Below are positions 52,284-63,010 of a DNA stretch of 64,000 nt, in pieces (position 1 is the stretch's first letter; the number at the start of each line of letters is the position of its first letter). The DNA lies in the NCBI GenBank assembly GCA_040776945.1, contig JAXGZN010000001.1, positions 1 through 64,000 on the forward strand. The letters run 5' to 3'. The notes beneath the pieces are model-generated. The model was not told the DNA's origin. It did no database searches and saw only the letters and a list, made by a program, of their open reading frames with translations. The position numbers were made by a program, and so were the translations under genes. Source of the stretch: Methanomassiliicoccaceae archaeon (GTDB lineage: Archaea > Thermoplasmatota > Thermoplasmata > Methanomassiliicoccales > Methanomassiliicoccaceae).

Positions 52284-52406
52284 TTGACCGACTCGTAACG
52301 CCATATCGAATAAATAGGTTCCCATGCGCCCAGCATTGCGCGGCCGCCTGAAGATCGTTCGGAACCCGCTTTTTGCGGCCTTCGGGCGCGCGGGGATGAT
52401 CGCGCC

Positions 52407-54056
52407 CTATCGCTCCATCACAGCCCCGCGGGCCGCGCTGCCGACCAGCTTGCGGTATTTGGCGAGTATCCCGGTGACCGGGCGCTCTACCGGCCTGACT
52501 TCCCTGAGCCGGGCCTCGATCTCCTGGTCCGTCACGTCCAGATGCAGCTTGCGGCCAGGTATGTCGATGGTGATCCTATCTCCTTCCCTCACCGCTGCGA
52601 TAGGCCCTCCGGCATACGCTTCCGGCGATACGTGACCTATGCAAGGACCTCTGGTGGCGCCTGAGAACCTTCCATCGGTGATCAGAGCGACATCGTCCGA
52701 CAGTCCCATCCCGGATATCAGGGAGGTCGGCGAGAGCATCTCCGCCATACCTGGGCCTCCCTGCGGCCCTTCATATCGTATCACGACCACGTCGCCCTTA
52801 ACAATTCTCCTGGCGACGATCGCCTCTATGGCCTTGCCCTCCGAATCGAAGACCCGGGCGCGGCCGGTGAAGTACATCATCCTCTCCGACACGGCCGCCT
52901 GCTTGACCACAGAGCCCTCCGGAGCGAGATTGCCATAAAGGACGGCGATGCCTCCCTGCTCGTGGAAGGGACGGCTGACTGGTCGAACGACCTCCTCGTC
53001 GTAGATTATCGCCGCCTCGGCGATGTCCAGAAGCTTGTGGCCGGACACCGTTCCTTCGTTCGACAGTTGGCCCTGGAGCCTCTTGAGGACGGCGGGTATG
53101 CCTCCGGCCCGGTCAAGGTCCGCGATATGGTACGGGCCGGACGGCCGAATGGATGTTATGTGCTTAACCTCCCGCGATATCTTGTCGAACGCTCGGAGGT
53201 CGATGTCGATCCCGAACTCATGAGCTATCGCCGGAAGATGCAGTGCGGTGTTGGTCGAGCCGCCTATGGCCATGTCCACCTTGATGGCGTTGAGCAGCGA
53301 TCCCTTGGTAACTATGTCCCTTGGGGCGATATGGTCCCGGACCAGTTCCACGATGCGGCGGCCGGAGGCCCGTGCGATCTCGCGCTTTCTCTTGCTGATC
53401 GCAAGTGAGGTGGCGCAACCCACCAAGCTCATGCCCATGGCCTCGGTCAGGCAGGCCATGGTGTTCGCCGTGAACAGGCCGGAGCAGGAGCCTTCGCCTG
53501 GGCAGGCGGCGCACTCCACTCTGAGCACCTCGGCCTCCGTCCGCTTGCCGGCGGCATGCTCCCCCAGCGCCTCGAAGACGTCCTGGAGATCGAGCTGACG
53601 CCCGTTCGAGGAACCGGCCTCCATTGCCCCTCCGGTCACCATTATCGCCGGGATATTGAGCCTTCCAGCGGCCATGAGCATCCCCGGGGTGACCTTGTCG
53701 CAGTTGGTGATCCCGACCCACCCGTCGAACATGTGCGCGTTGTCCATGATCTCAACGCAGTCGGCGATGGTCTCGCGGGACGGGAGCGAGTAGCGCATCC
53801 CCGAATGGCCCATGGCGATGCCGTCGCAGACGGCCGGCACGCCGAACACGAAAGGCACTCCGCCGGCCTCCACGATGCCCCGCTTGACCTCGTCCACCAG
53901 CTTGTTGAGGTGGACATGCCCGGGCACGACCTCGTTCCAGGAGTTGGCGATGCCTATGAACGGCTTGTCCATGTCCTCCGAGGTGACCCCCGATGCCCGT
54001 AGAAGGCTCCTGCTGGGTGCCTTGTCCAGTCCCTTCTTGACCTGATCGCTCCGCAT
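52407..54056 (-). CDS. ilvD: Dihydroxy-acid dehydratase
   Basis: KPFIGIANSW, CDGIAMGH, NCDKVTPG, CSGLFTANTM, GGSTN, TDGRFSG. Start ATG 54056. Confidence 0.97.
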   Translation of the reverse strand: MRSDQVKKGLDKAPSRSLLRASGVTSEDMDKPFIGIANSWNEVVPGHVHLNKLVDEVKRGIVEAGGVPFVFGVPAVCDGIAMGHSGMRYSLPSRETIADCVEIMDNAHMFDGWVGITNCDKVTPGMLMAAGRLNIPAIMVTGGAMEAGSSNGRQLDLQDVFEALGEHAAGKRTEAEVLRVECAACPGEGSCSGLFTANTMACLTEAMGMSLVGCATSLAISKRKREIARASGRRIVELVRDHIAPRDIVTKGSLLNAIKVDMAIGGSTNTALHLPAIAHEFGIDIDLRAFDKISREVKHITSIRPSGPYHIADLDRAGGIPAVLKRLQGQLSNEGTVSGHKLLDIAEAAIIYDEEVVRPVSRPFHEQGGIAVLYGNLAPEGSVVKQAAVSERMMYFTGRARVFDSEGKAIEAIVARRIVKGDVVVIRYEGPQGGPGMAEMLSPTSLISGMGLSDDVALITDGRFSGATRGPCIGHVSPEAYAGGPIAAVREGDRITIDIPGRKLHLDVTDQEIEARLREVRPVERPVTGILAKYRKLVGSAARGAVMER

Positions 54057-54245
54057 CTTATCAGCGCGGCATGTCGTTCTGCCTAGAAAACGGTTCCCAA
54101 GGTCGAGCTGAGACCTCTCCGCCCCATCCGCTGATATCGGGCGGGGGAGACGTCCTCTCGTTCCACATCGTGTTACGGGGGAAGCGGCGGAGCTGGGACG
54201 CCTGCTGTCCCGGGGCGATATGGGCGAGGTCATGCGTTCTTTCGC

Positions 54246-55124
54246 TCAAGGATCGCGCAGCTCGATGTTCTCTTGGGCCAGCCTCTTGCCCACCTCATAA
54301 AGGAACCGCGAGGCTATCTCCTCCCGCCGGCTTGGCTCCCGCAGCCATATCTTGATCATCATGCGGGCCCTGGTTCCCTGTATCTCGGCAATATTGACCT
54401 GAGGATCGAGAGCCCGGAGAGTGTTCTCATTGCCGAAAAGCAATCTCATCGACCTTTTCTCGAACAACCGAGCGAGGGCGCCCTTCTCTTCGCCATCGAC
54501 ATCGGGAAGGATGTAAGGGTCCTTATCGGCCTCCTCAAATACTATTTGCTGGATGCGCTCAAGGTCATTGATGTTGCCGACCCACAGCGGAATGTTGACC
54601 GCGGTGAAGCCGGCCCGCGTGTAGTTGATGACCTTTCCGTTCATTATCTGTGAGTTCGGCACAGTTATGATCCGGCCGTCCACCTCCCTTAGGACGGTGT
54701 TCATGAGGGTGATGTCCTTGACCCTGCTGATGCCGGTTAGGGGGATCGGCCCCACCTCCACCCAGTCCTCGAGCTGGATAGGCTTGATTATTGCGATGAG
54801 CACACCGGAGATGGCGTTTTGGATGATCTGCTGGGAGGCGAACGCCACCGCTATACCGGCCACGCCCAGAGATAGAACGATCGCCGAAAGGTCCAGGGCC
54901 AGGATCGAGTTGAACCCGATCAGAGCGGCGGTCATGAGGACCATGTACTGGAACACTCTGGCCACGCCCTTGGAGAGCCTTTTCCCCATCCTCTCGTCGA
55001 GATAATCGCGGATGACCATATTGCCCAGACGGGCTATGAGGACGGCCCCGATCAACAGCAGCAGGAAGGCGAGGATACTGATCGGCGTGATCTTGTCCAC
55101 TAGAGGCGTGTCGAGCCAGCTCAT
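54246..55124 (-). CDS. Small-conductance mechanosensitive channel (MscS family)
   Basis: LGVAGIAVAFASQQIIQNAISG...KPIQLEDWV, ITVPNSQI...VINYT. Confidence 0.9.
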   Translation of the reverse strand: MSWLDTPLVDKITPISILAFLLLLIGAVLIARLGNMVIRDYLDERMGKRLSKGVARVFQYMVLMTAALIGFNSILALDLSAIVLSLGVAGIAVAFASQQIIQNAISGVLIAIIKPIQLEDWVEVGPIPLTGISRVKDITLMNTVLREVDGRIITVPNSQIMNGKVINYTRAGFTAVNIPLWVGNINDLERIQQIVFEEADKDPYILPDVDGEEKGALARLFEKRSMRLLFGNENTLRALDPQVNIAEIQGTRARMMIKIWLREPSRREEIASRFLYEVGKRLAQENIELRDP

Positions 55125-55270
55125 GCATGCTGTATCGGGCAGGGGCTCATTAATCCGCTCATTGTGATTATCACCGGAAGATCGCGAACGGCCGAGAGGC
55201 CCCACCGCTCTGGCCTAACAACTAGATAAAAGAAGATGGATGAAAGTCGTTTGATAAGGGGTTTCGCCGC

Positions 55271-55582
55271 TTAGGACCTGAGGACGATCTCGATGTTGAC
55301 GCCGTCAGGGACCTGGATCCTCATGAGCTGGCGCAGTGCACGCTCGTCAGCGTCTAGATCTATCAGACGCTTATGGATCCTCATCTCCCACCTGTCCCAG
55401 GTCTCCGAGCCCTCTCCGTCGGGGCTCTTCCTCACCGGGACCACCAGTCGCTTGGTGGGCAGGGGGATAGGTCCGCGGATGGCGACACCGGTCCTCTGGG
55501 AGATCGACTTGATCTGTCCGCAGACACTGTCGACCTTCTTGGGGTCAGTGCCGCTCAGCGAAATTCTTGCTCTCTGTGCCAT
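55271..55582 (-). CDS. rps10: 30S ribosomal protein S10 (uS10)
   Basis: [33 protein letters not shown]. Confidence 0.97.
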   Translation of the reverse strand: MAQRARISLSGTDPKKVDSVCGQIKSISQRTGVAIRGPIPLPTKRLVVPVRKSPDGEGSETWDRWEMRIHKRLIDLDADERALRQLMRIQVPDGVNIEIVLRS

Positions 55583-55616
55583 AGTTCAATCCCCCAAAAT
55601 ATTGGGAGGAAGGGGT

Positions 55617-56894
55617 TTACATTACCCTCTTCTCGACATCCAGACAGACGCCCGCGGCAACGGTCTGGCCCATGTCCCTTACGGCGAACCTGCCGAGCTG
55701 GGGGAACTCCTTGGCCTTCTCGATCACCATGGGCTTGGAGGGCTGGACCTTGACGATCGCGGCGTCGCCGGTCTTCAGGAACTGAGGGTTCTCCTCCTTG
55801 ACGGCGCCGGTCGCGGGGTCCAGCTTCTTCTGGAGCTCCAGGAAGGTGCAGGCCACCTGAGCGGTGTGGATGTGGAACACCGGGGTGTATCCGACGGTGA
55901 TGACCGAGGGGTGGTTAAGGACCATGATCTGGGCGGTGAAGGTCTTGGCCACGGAGGGCGGGTTGTCGACCGGACCGGCCACGTCGCCGCGCTTGACATC
56001 GTTCTTGGCGATGCCGCGGACGTTGAAGCCGACGTTGTCACCGGGGTATGCGGCGGGAAGCTGCTCGTGGTGCATCTCCACGCTCTTGACCTCACCGACA
56101 ACGTGGGAGGGCTCGAACATGATCTTGGTGTCCGGCTTCAGCACGCCGCACTCGACGCGGCCGACCGGGACGGTCCCGATGCCGGTGATAGTGTAGACGT
56201 CCTGGATGGGCAGCCTGAGAGGCAGGTTGGTGGCCTTCGCGGGCTCCTTCAGATTGTTCAACGCTTCCAGGATGGTCGGCCCCTTGTACCAGGGAGTATT
56301 GGCGGACTGCTTGGTGGCGTTGTCGCCCTTGAACGCGGAGTACGGGACGAAGGGGATCTCGTCCACCTTATAGCCGATGGACTTCAGGATCTTGCTGACG
56401 TCCTCCTTGACCTTCTTGTACTGCTCCTCGGAGTAGGCGGGCTTCGTCGCATCCATCTTGTTGATGCCAACGATGATCTGCTTCACGCCTAGGGTCCTGG
56501 CCAGGAAGATGTGCTCCTTGGTCTGGGCCTGGGGTCCCTCGATGGCGGACACGACGAGAACGGCGGCGTCTGCCTGGGAGGTACCGGTGATCATGTTCTT
56601 GACGAAGTCCCTGTGTCCGGGGGCATCGATGACGGTGAAGTAATACTTGTCGGTGTTGAACCGCTTGTGGGCGACATCGATGGTCACTCCCCTCTCCCTC
56701 TCTTCCTTGAGAGAGTCCATGACCCATGCGAACTCAAAGGTCGCCTTTCCCTTCTCGTCTGCCATCTTCCTGTACTTCTCGATGAGGTACGCATCTACGT
56801 TTCCAGTGTCGGCAAGCATCCTGCCTACGGAGGTGGACTTGCCGTGGTCAACGTGACCGATAAAGACCAGATTCAAGTGTGGTTTCTCTGCCAT
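55617..56894 (-). CDS. tuf: Elongation factor 1-alpha
   Basis: [31 protein letters not shown]. Confidence 0.98.
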   Translation of the reverse strand: MAEKPHLNLVFIGHVDHGKSTSVGRMLADTGNVDAYLIEKYRKMADEKGKATFEFAWVMDSLKEERERGVTIDVAHKRFNTDKYYFTVIDAPGHRDFVKNMITGTSQADAAVLVVSAIEGPQAQTKEHIFLARTLGVKQIIVGINKMDATKPAYSEEQYKKVKEDVSKILKSIGYKVDEIPFVPYSAFKGDNATKQSANTPWYKGPTILEALNNLKEPAKATNLPLRLPIQDVYTITGIGTVPVGRVECGVLKPDTKIMFEPSHVVGEVKSVEMHHEQLPAAYPGDNVGFNVRGIAKNDVKRGDVAGPVDNPPSVAKTFTAQIMVLNHPSVITVGYTPVFHIHTAQVACTFLELQKKLDPATGAVKEENPQFLKTGDAAIVKVQPSKPMVIEKAKEFPQLGRFAVRDMGQTVAAGVCLDVEKRVM

Positions 56895-56975
56895 TTTTCT
56901 GCCTCCTACGTTTATATATACTTAGATTGGGTTTTTACTCCATACCGTTTTTCGTATTTAATCGTTATTCACTCC

Positions 56976-59174
56976 TCAGCCAGAGTAGTATGCCGCATCG
57001 TAAGGCTCTGGCTTCAGTCCCTTGCGGGTCCTGATCTCGGCCACGACCTTGGTCTGCAGTTCGTTCGGCACCGGGACGAACCCGGAGTTCTCGGTGGACC
57101 AAAGCGCACGGCCCTGGGTGGCGCCGCGGATGGCCGATGCGAACCCGAACATCTCGGCCACAGGGGCCTTGGCGACTATGATCGTTGCCTCGCCCTCCTG
57201 GTGGATGTCCTCGATGTTGCCCCGCCTCTGCTGCAGCTCGCGCAGAGCGTCGCCCATTACCGACTCAGGGCAGTTGATGTAGATCTTCGTGAGCGGTTCC
57301 AGCAATATCCTGCCACCCAGGCACATCGCGCCATAGACCGCGGAGCGGAACGCGGGGATTACCTGCGCTGGACCTCTGTGGATGGAGTCCTCGTGGAGCT
57401 TGGCATCCATCAGCTTCACCTTGAGGCCCATGACCTTCTCCTGCGCCAGAGGTCCTAGGTTCATTGCCTCCTCGAAGCCCTGCTTGCACAGCTCGATGGT
57501 CTCGTTCAGATACTGGATCCCCTTGGTGCCGTCTATGAAGACGTTGTTGTCCTTGAACATGACCACGCCACGGGCCTCTTCACGGTCCATGCCCAGGTCC
57601 TGGAGCTTCTTGGCCATCTCCTTGACGTCCTTTATCTTGCCCTCGACGACGAGATCGCCGGTCTTGATGGCGTCGACGATCGATTGCTCCAGGGGAGAGA
57701 CCTCAACGAAGAAGCGGTTGTGCTTGTTGGGGGACTTGCCCTCGAAGAGGGCGCTCCTTCCCTTCACGTTCTCGCGGTACACCACGATGGGCGGGGAAGA
57801 TTTGATCTCGACCCTGTGGTCGTTCACGATACGATAGGTCGTGATCTCGAGATGCAGCTCTCCCATGCCGGAAAGCAGGTGCTCGCCCGTCTCGTTGTTG
57901 ATCTCGACATGGATGGACGGATCGGCCTTGGCCACGGTCCTAAGCACATCGACCAGCTTGGGCAGGTCCTTCATGTGCTTGGCCTCGATGGCAACGGTGA
58001 CCACTGGCTCGGTATAGTGGGAGATCTTCTCGAACGGCTCCATGTCCTTGTCGGAGCTGATGGTCGAACCTGCGACCGCATCCTTGAGGCCGGCCACGGC
58101 GACAATGTTCCCAGCTTCCATGTGGTCGATGGGGATCCTGTCCGCGCCTACGCTGAGCGAGATCGTCTGGGACCTCTGCACGTTCGGCATGCCGGACACC
58201 CATAGCTCCATCCCCCTTGTGACCGTGCCGGAGAACAGGCGCCCCATGGCGACCTCGCCGGCATGTGGATCGACAATGATCTTGGTGATCATCAGGGCGA
58301 CCGGTCCGCTCGCGTCGCAGGCGAGCATGGACTTCCCCACTGCGGACTCCTTGTCTCCCTTCCAGATGACCGGGATACGTATCTTCTGGGCCTCCAGCGG
58401 GTTGGGCACGTGCTCGATGACCATGTTCAGCAGGACCTCGTGCACCGGGGCCTTCTTGGCAAGGGTCTTCTGATCGTTGTTCTTGCAGTACTCGTAGACC
58501 TTGGCGAAGTTGATGCCGGTCTTCTTCATCGACGGAACATTGACGGCCCAATTGTGGAACGCGCTGCCGAAGGCGACGGTCCCCTCCTCGGCCTTAACCT
58601 GCCATTCCTTGTTGAGCGGCTCGGGCAGCTGGGAGGCGATGCGTCGATTGACCTCGGTGATGATGGTCACAAACTTCTTCTGCATCTCCTCCGGGGTGAC
58701 CTTCAGCTCGTTTATCAGCCTGTCCACCTTGTTGATGAACAGGACAGGACGGACGCGCTCCTTGAGCGCCTGCCGGATGACGGTCTCGGTCTGAGGCATG
58801 ATGCCCTCGACCGCGCAGACCAGAATTATGCAGCCGTCCAGGGCGCGCATGGCCCTGGTTACGTCGCCGCCGAAGTCGACGTGGCCGGGAGTATCGATCA
58901 GATTGACCAGATACTCCTTGCCGCCGTACCTGTGGACCATCGAAGCATTGGCGGCGTTGATGGTGATGCCACGGGCCTGCTCCTGCTCATCGAAGTCCAG
59001 CATGAGCTGCTTCCCGGCAAGGTCCTCGGACATCATGCCGGCACCAGCGATGAGGTTGTCGCTCAACGTGGTCTTTCCGTGGTCGATGTGGGCCGCGGTC
59101 CCGATGTTCCTGATGAACTCAGGGTTCTTAGAGATCGCTTGTGCCCGTGCGATATTATCTTCCTTACGTCCCAT
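56976..59174 (-). CDS. fusA: Elongation factor 2
   Basis: AHIDHGKTT, RGITI, DTPGHVDF, NKVD and the diphthamide loop HEDSIHRGPAQ. Confidence 0.98.
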   Translation of the reverse strand: MGRKEDNIARAQAISKNPEFIRNIGTAAHIDHGKTTLSDNLIAGAGMMSEDLAGKQLMLDFDEQEQARGITINAANASMVHRYGGKEYLVNLIDTPGHVDFGGDVTRAMRALDGCIILVCAVEGIMPQTETVIRQALKERVRPVLFINKVDRLINELKVTPEEMQKKFVTIITEVNRRIASQLPEPLNKEWQVKAEEGTVAFGSAFHNWAVNVPSMKKTGINFAKVYEYCKNNDQKTLAKKAPVHEVLLNMVIEHVPNPLEAQKIRIPVIWKGDKESAVGKSMLACDASGPVALMITKIIVDPHAGEVAMGRLFSGTVTRGMELWVSGMPNVQRSQTISLSVGADRIPIDHMEAGNIVAVAGLKDAVAGSTISSDKDMEPFEKISHYTEPVVTVAIEAKHMKDLPKLVDVLRTVAKADPSIHVEINNETGEHLLSGMGELHLEITTYRIVNDHRVEIKSSPPIVVYRENVKGRSALFEGKSPNKHNRFFVEVSPLEQSIVDAIKTGDLVVEGKIKDVKEMAKKLQDLGMDREEARGVVMFKDNNVFIDGTKGIQYLNETIELCKQGFEEAMNLGPLAQEKVMGLKVKLMDAKLHEDSIHRGPAQVIPAFRSAVYGAMCLGGRILLEPLTKIYINCPESVMGDALRELQQRRGNIEDIHQEGEATIIVAKAPVAEMFGFASAIRGATQGRALWSTENSGFVPVPNELQTKVVAEIRTRKGLKPEPYDAAYYSG

Positions 59175-59207
59175 ATGAACTCACCTTGTTGATCTTGATC
59201 ACCGAGC

Positions 59208-59810
59208 TTACCGGGCCGATGATGCTACGCGCTCCAGCTCCTCCTTCTTGGCCACGGAGAATGAGTTCATGTCGCCCCTGGAAGCAAGTATAAGTTCGTC
59301 GGCGAGGCACTCCTCCACCGGCTTCTTGTTCTTGAAGGAGGCGTCCACGGTGCCCCTGGCGATGTTCCTTAGCGCTATGTCGAGACGCCTGCAAGGAGCG
59401 ATGTCTACAGCCTTGGGGACGGATATCCCACCGAACTGCAAACGAGTTATCTCCTCGCGGGGGGCGGCGTTCTCCAGGGCCTCGATGAGCACCTGCACCG
59501 GGTTCTTCTTGGTCTTGACGGCGATTATCTCGAAGGCGTCCTTTACCGTTCCAAGCGACTTTGCCTTCTTGCCGGTGTAGACCTCCGTTCTCATTAGATT
59601 GTTCACCAGGCGCTCGACGATGCTGACCTTTGACTTTCCGAACGACCGGTTAGCATGCTTGCCCCCGGTGTGGGGTATGGCGACGGGGGTGAGGTCTATG
59701 TATTTGGCTAGGCCACCGTCCCTGATGCCTATTCCGGTCATCTCGTACTTGCCGAAGAGCAGTACGCCGCTCGTGATTGGAACTTGAGTTTCTCCTTCCA
59801 CAGAATTCAC
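59208..59810 (-). CDS. rps7: 30S ribosomal protein S7 (uS7)
   Basis: [36 protein letters not shown]. Confidence 0.96.
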   Translation of the reverse strand: MNSVEGETQVPITSGVLLFGKYEMTGIGIRDGGLAKYIDLTPVAIPHTGGKHANRSFGKSKVSIVERLVNNLMRTEVYTGKKAKSLGTVKDAFEIIAVKTKKNPVQVLIEALENAAPREEITRLQFGGISVPKAVDIAPCRRLDIALRNIARGTVDASFKNKKPVEECLADELILASRGDMNSFSVAKKEELERVASSAR

Positions 59811-60235
59811 CTCACCGGCTTCTCCTTCCGGCCCCTGACAAGCTCGTTGAGGGACACATTGTTGACCTGTACGACCTTGTAGCGGACACCCGGAATGTCC
59901 CCATAGGACCTCCCCAGTCTGCCGCCGATGCCCTCCACCATTACCTCGTCGTGCTCGTCTATGAAGTTGATGGCGCCGTCACCGACCGCGAAGGCGGTGA
60001 TCTGGCGGCCGTTCTTGATAAGCTGGACCTTGACGCATTTCCTGATCGCGGAGTTCGGTTGCTTGGCCTCAATACCTACTTTCTCCAGTACGATGCCACG
60101 GGCCTGAGCCGATCCCTCTAGGGGGTCGGACTTCTCCCGGAGCTTCAACAATCTCCGCTTGTATGTGCTGTCGGACCATCTGAATTTCTGACGGTCGTCC
60201 TTGAGCTTCCTAGCCGTGTAAAGACCTCTAGCCAA
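59807..60235 (-). CDS. rps12: 30S ribosomal protein S12 (uS12)
   Basis: [31 protein letters not shown]. Start TTG 60235 or GTG 60244. Confidence 0.97.
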   Translation of the reverse strand: MARGLYTARKLKDDRQKFRWSDSTYKRRLLKLREKSDPLEGSAQARGIVLEKVGIEAKQPNSAIRKCVKVQLIKNGRQITAFAVGDGAINFIDEHDEVMVEGIGGRLGRSYGDIPGVRYKVVQVNNVSLNELVRGRKEKPVR

Positions 60236-60553
60236 ATGATTCACCTTCTTTGTGAGAAGCGGGCTCCTTATTATGGTAGTTGTATTTAAGCGTTAAGGGT
60301 TTTTCAGAGACCGTTCGGGCTACTCTTATTAGAGAGGCCTATAAAAACCATTCGGTGGGTCAAAATGTATGCTGGCCATGATGAGCGGGCGATGGTCCCC
60401 CTCTCAGGGCGCGAGGGGGCTTGTTCACCTGTCGATCACCCTACTTGCCCGCATTTCCTTTATGTGCTCTCATCGTTGAAGGTGCCTCTTGCGTGAGCGA
60501 ACAAGGTCGAAAGAGATTTATCGGAAAGCCCCAATCCTCCGCTGGGATGGGAT

Positions 60554-61237
60554 ATGGGCAATGAAGGGGATGCGGCCCGGCGGCTCGATAAGGCACAGCG
60601 AAGTATCGAATATGGCCTGGCGTTCGCCGTGCCTTTGGTCCTCACCCTGATGCTCTATTCCTATGTGATCTATGATGAGCTTTTCACCCCGCTTTTCATT
60701 GTGGCGCTGGCGCTGGCGATAGTGATGACCGTCCCGGCGCACTTGGCCCTGAGGTCGCACTACGAGTGTTGGGCCCGGAACGTCATGCCGCAGAGGCTGG
60801 CCACAGGCTTGGTGGGCACCATATACATATCCGCCGCCTCGGTGTTCGGAGTGTCGCTGATGTCCAGCGCCCAAGGGCTGGACCCTGAGCAGCCGCTGAC
60901 GTTCACGGTGTTCGCCATGCTGGCGGTCCTGATGATCGCGGTCATGGCCTACAACTCCCGGTACAAGGCTCGGAACGAGAGGACCGACATACGGTTCTTC
61001 CGCAGAAGGCCCGAGCAATTGGCCGCCGAGATCAGAGCTGCATGCGGCGACAGGAAGATCGAGTGCAAGGTGATCGGGAACGGCCGGCTCACCACCATGG
61101 AGCTCCCGGACAACAAGGTCCTTATCACCTTGAGGAGACAGTCGGCGGCTGCCACTGAGGTCATGCTGGAATGCCGGGAACCATCGGCCAACGAGATATG
61201 CTCCGTTCTCAAGCATGCCCTGGACCAAGAGGTCTAG
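60554..61237 (+). CDS. Hypothetical membrane protein (4 TM helices plus soluble C-terminus)
   Basis: Long ORF with four hydrophobic segments and host-like codon usage. Confidence 0.7.
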   Translation: MGNEGDAARRLDKAQRSIEYGLAFAVPLVLTLMLYSYVIYDELFTPLFIVALALAIVMTVPAHLALRSHYECWARNVMPQRLATGLVGTIYISAASVFGVSLMSSAQGLDPEQPLTFTVFAMLAVLMIAVMAYNSRYKARNERTDIRFFRRRPEQLAAEIRAACGDRKIECKVIGNGRLTTMELPDNKVLITLRRQSAAATEVMLECREPSANEICSVLKHALDQEV

Positions 61238-61812
61238 GCCCGGCCGTGCGATTCCCCCCGCACCATCGCGCTCGAGATCAAGTGAGCGATGCGCAGCGGC
61301 TCCGGCAGGCGGCCCTGCACCGTGCTCTCCTCGAGGATCTGTCCCAGGGTCTCGGCCTCCATGCCTGAGATCGTGGCGTACAGCGAGCGGCGGCGCGTTC
61401 CGACCACGAACAACGGCTTCCTCCTGATCACCTCCAGGCGGTCCCGCCAATCTGGAAAGTGAGAACGAAGGGCCGCTTCCATCCGCTCGAAGTCTGGCAT
61501 CTCCCGGGTCACCGTTGCGCAGGGGATGCCGACACGCTTGTGCAGTGCGTCGACATCGATGACGTTGAAGCCGCCGACCGCGACGCCGTCGAACAGGATC
61601 AGGCGAAGCTGCTCGCGGTACCTTGAGCGTTCGACCATGGCCGCGATGGCCTCGTTGGCGTCCCGGCCGTCCACCTCCACTTCGGTGCGCATGATCCCCT
61701 CTATGTACATGGGCAGGCGGGCGACCACTCCTACCACCAGGGCCCTTCTTGAACGGAAATCGAAGGGCGAATCATCGATGCCGAGGATGCGTATGTGAGG
61801 CTTCAATCTCAT
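61234..61812 (-). CDS. DUF99 / UPF0215 family (endonuclease V-like) protein
   Basis: RILGIDDSPF, VDGRDA, DGVAVGGFNVID, PEPLRIAHLI. Confidence 0.88.
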   Translation of the reverse strand: MRLKPHIRILGIDDSPFDFRSRRALVVGVVARLPMYIEGIMRTEVEVDGRDANEAIAAMVERSRYREQLRLILFDGVAVGGFNVIDVDALHKRVGIPCATVTREMPDFERMEAALRSHFPDWRDRLEVIRRKPLFVVGTRRRSLYATISGMEAETLGQILEESTVQGRLPEPLRIAHLISSAMVRGESHGRA

Positions 61813-62168
61813 ACCAGCTTCAGATGTCCGGTTATTCTGTCCAACACGTCCGCCGGCCCCGGGCCTACGCCCAAGCAGGTCACGGTGTTGGGCGGGATCT
61901 CGGTCATGCCCGCGTCGGTGATGAGCGAGGTCACCAGGCGGAGAGCTTCAGCATTGCTCTTGACCTCGTAGAGGCCATCGAGCGCGGGCACCTTCACCAC
62001 CACCTTGCGCTGCCCCTCGGCGTACCACCGGTCGAACCATTCCGGCGTTCTCTTCTTGGCCGCGAAGGCGCAGTTCACCGCCGCGTGGGCGACCTGGGCG
62101 GCCATCTTCCCGGCCGAGAGCTTCAGGTCCCACCTGACCACGATGACCATCTTGTAATCCATCGTCAT
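61809..62168 (-). CDS. pth2: Peptidyl-tRNA hydrolase Pth2
   Basis: KMVIVVR.DL..SAGKMAAQVAHA, GQRKVVVK, DAGMTEI, GPGP...LD.ITG.LKL. Confidence 0.95.
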   Translation of the reverse strand: MTMDYKMVIVVRWDLKLSAGKMAAQVAHAAVNCAFAAKKRTPEWFDRWYAEGQRKVVVKVPALDGLYEVKSNAEALRLVTSLITDAGMTEIPPNTVTCLGVGPGPADVLDRITGHLKLV

Positions 62169-62382
62169 CACTACAGGCCAGGTTAGCGGGTGCCGGAATA
62201 TAATCCTGATGAGGGCGGTCAAGAGGGATGCGTCAGAACGTATTCCTCCCGGGCGTCAACGGCGTCGACGGCACCCATCGGTGAGATCCCGCCCTCTTGA
62301 TAATGTCCCGTGAACCCTTCCTGCGGCCGACCGGTCTCAAGCACCAGAGGATGCGCGGCCCTCCGGTCTCGCTTATTCGTTC

Positions 62383-62800
62383 CTTACACCGTCGAACCCG
62401 CGAGATCGAGGCTGAGGAAGAAAGAAGGCCCGGAGATGCTCGCCCCATGGATGGTCCTTGAATCGACGCCAGCGTACACGATGATGAATGCAGATATGCT
62501 CTCAGGCGATAGGCCATGAGCCCGATGCGCCTGGTGACGTGCCAATCTCCGTACTCCTTACAGATCACCTGCTGGCCTACGCGGGCTCCTATCGAGAGGG
62601 TGCTTACCGGTGCGCTCATGCCGGAACCTGTCCGGTCTCAAAGATCGATATGGTGACGTACGCTCACCGAGGAACCGTTCTTCGTCATGTTCACCGTTGT
62701 GAAATACCCCCAGGCCTCTCCGTTCGTCGGCGCTACGGTCCAGACCCCGAGACCTCGTAGGTCAGGTCATCGCCGTCCCCCACTGCCAAGCCTGCAAGCG
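62383..62800 (-). pseudogene. Possible degraded gene remnant
   Basis: Protein-like fragments in different frames (GDDLTYEVSG; WGYFTTVNMTKNGSSVSV; IVYAGVDSRTIHGASISGPSFFLSLDLAGSTV*), broken by stops. Confidence 0.25.
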
Positions 62801-63010
62801 CGTTCCATGCTTAGGCCGGTGGATCGAAAGTTATCAACAGCGCCGACGCCTCCAGTGCGATCGCGATGGCCGCGAACAGGACGGTATCTTTGTCCGGCCC
62901 CTCCTCATCGTTTGTAACTCTCGGAGATAGATGCTTGTGCGCCATTGACCATTATGAACGGTCTAGCGAACGAGCAAATTCTAATTAGCCGACCTGCCAT
63001 CCCTCTGACC

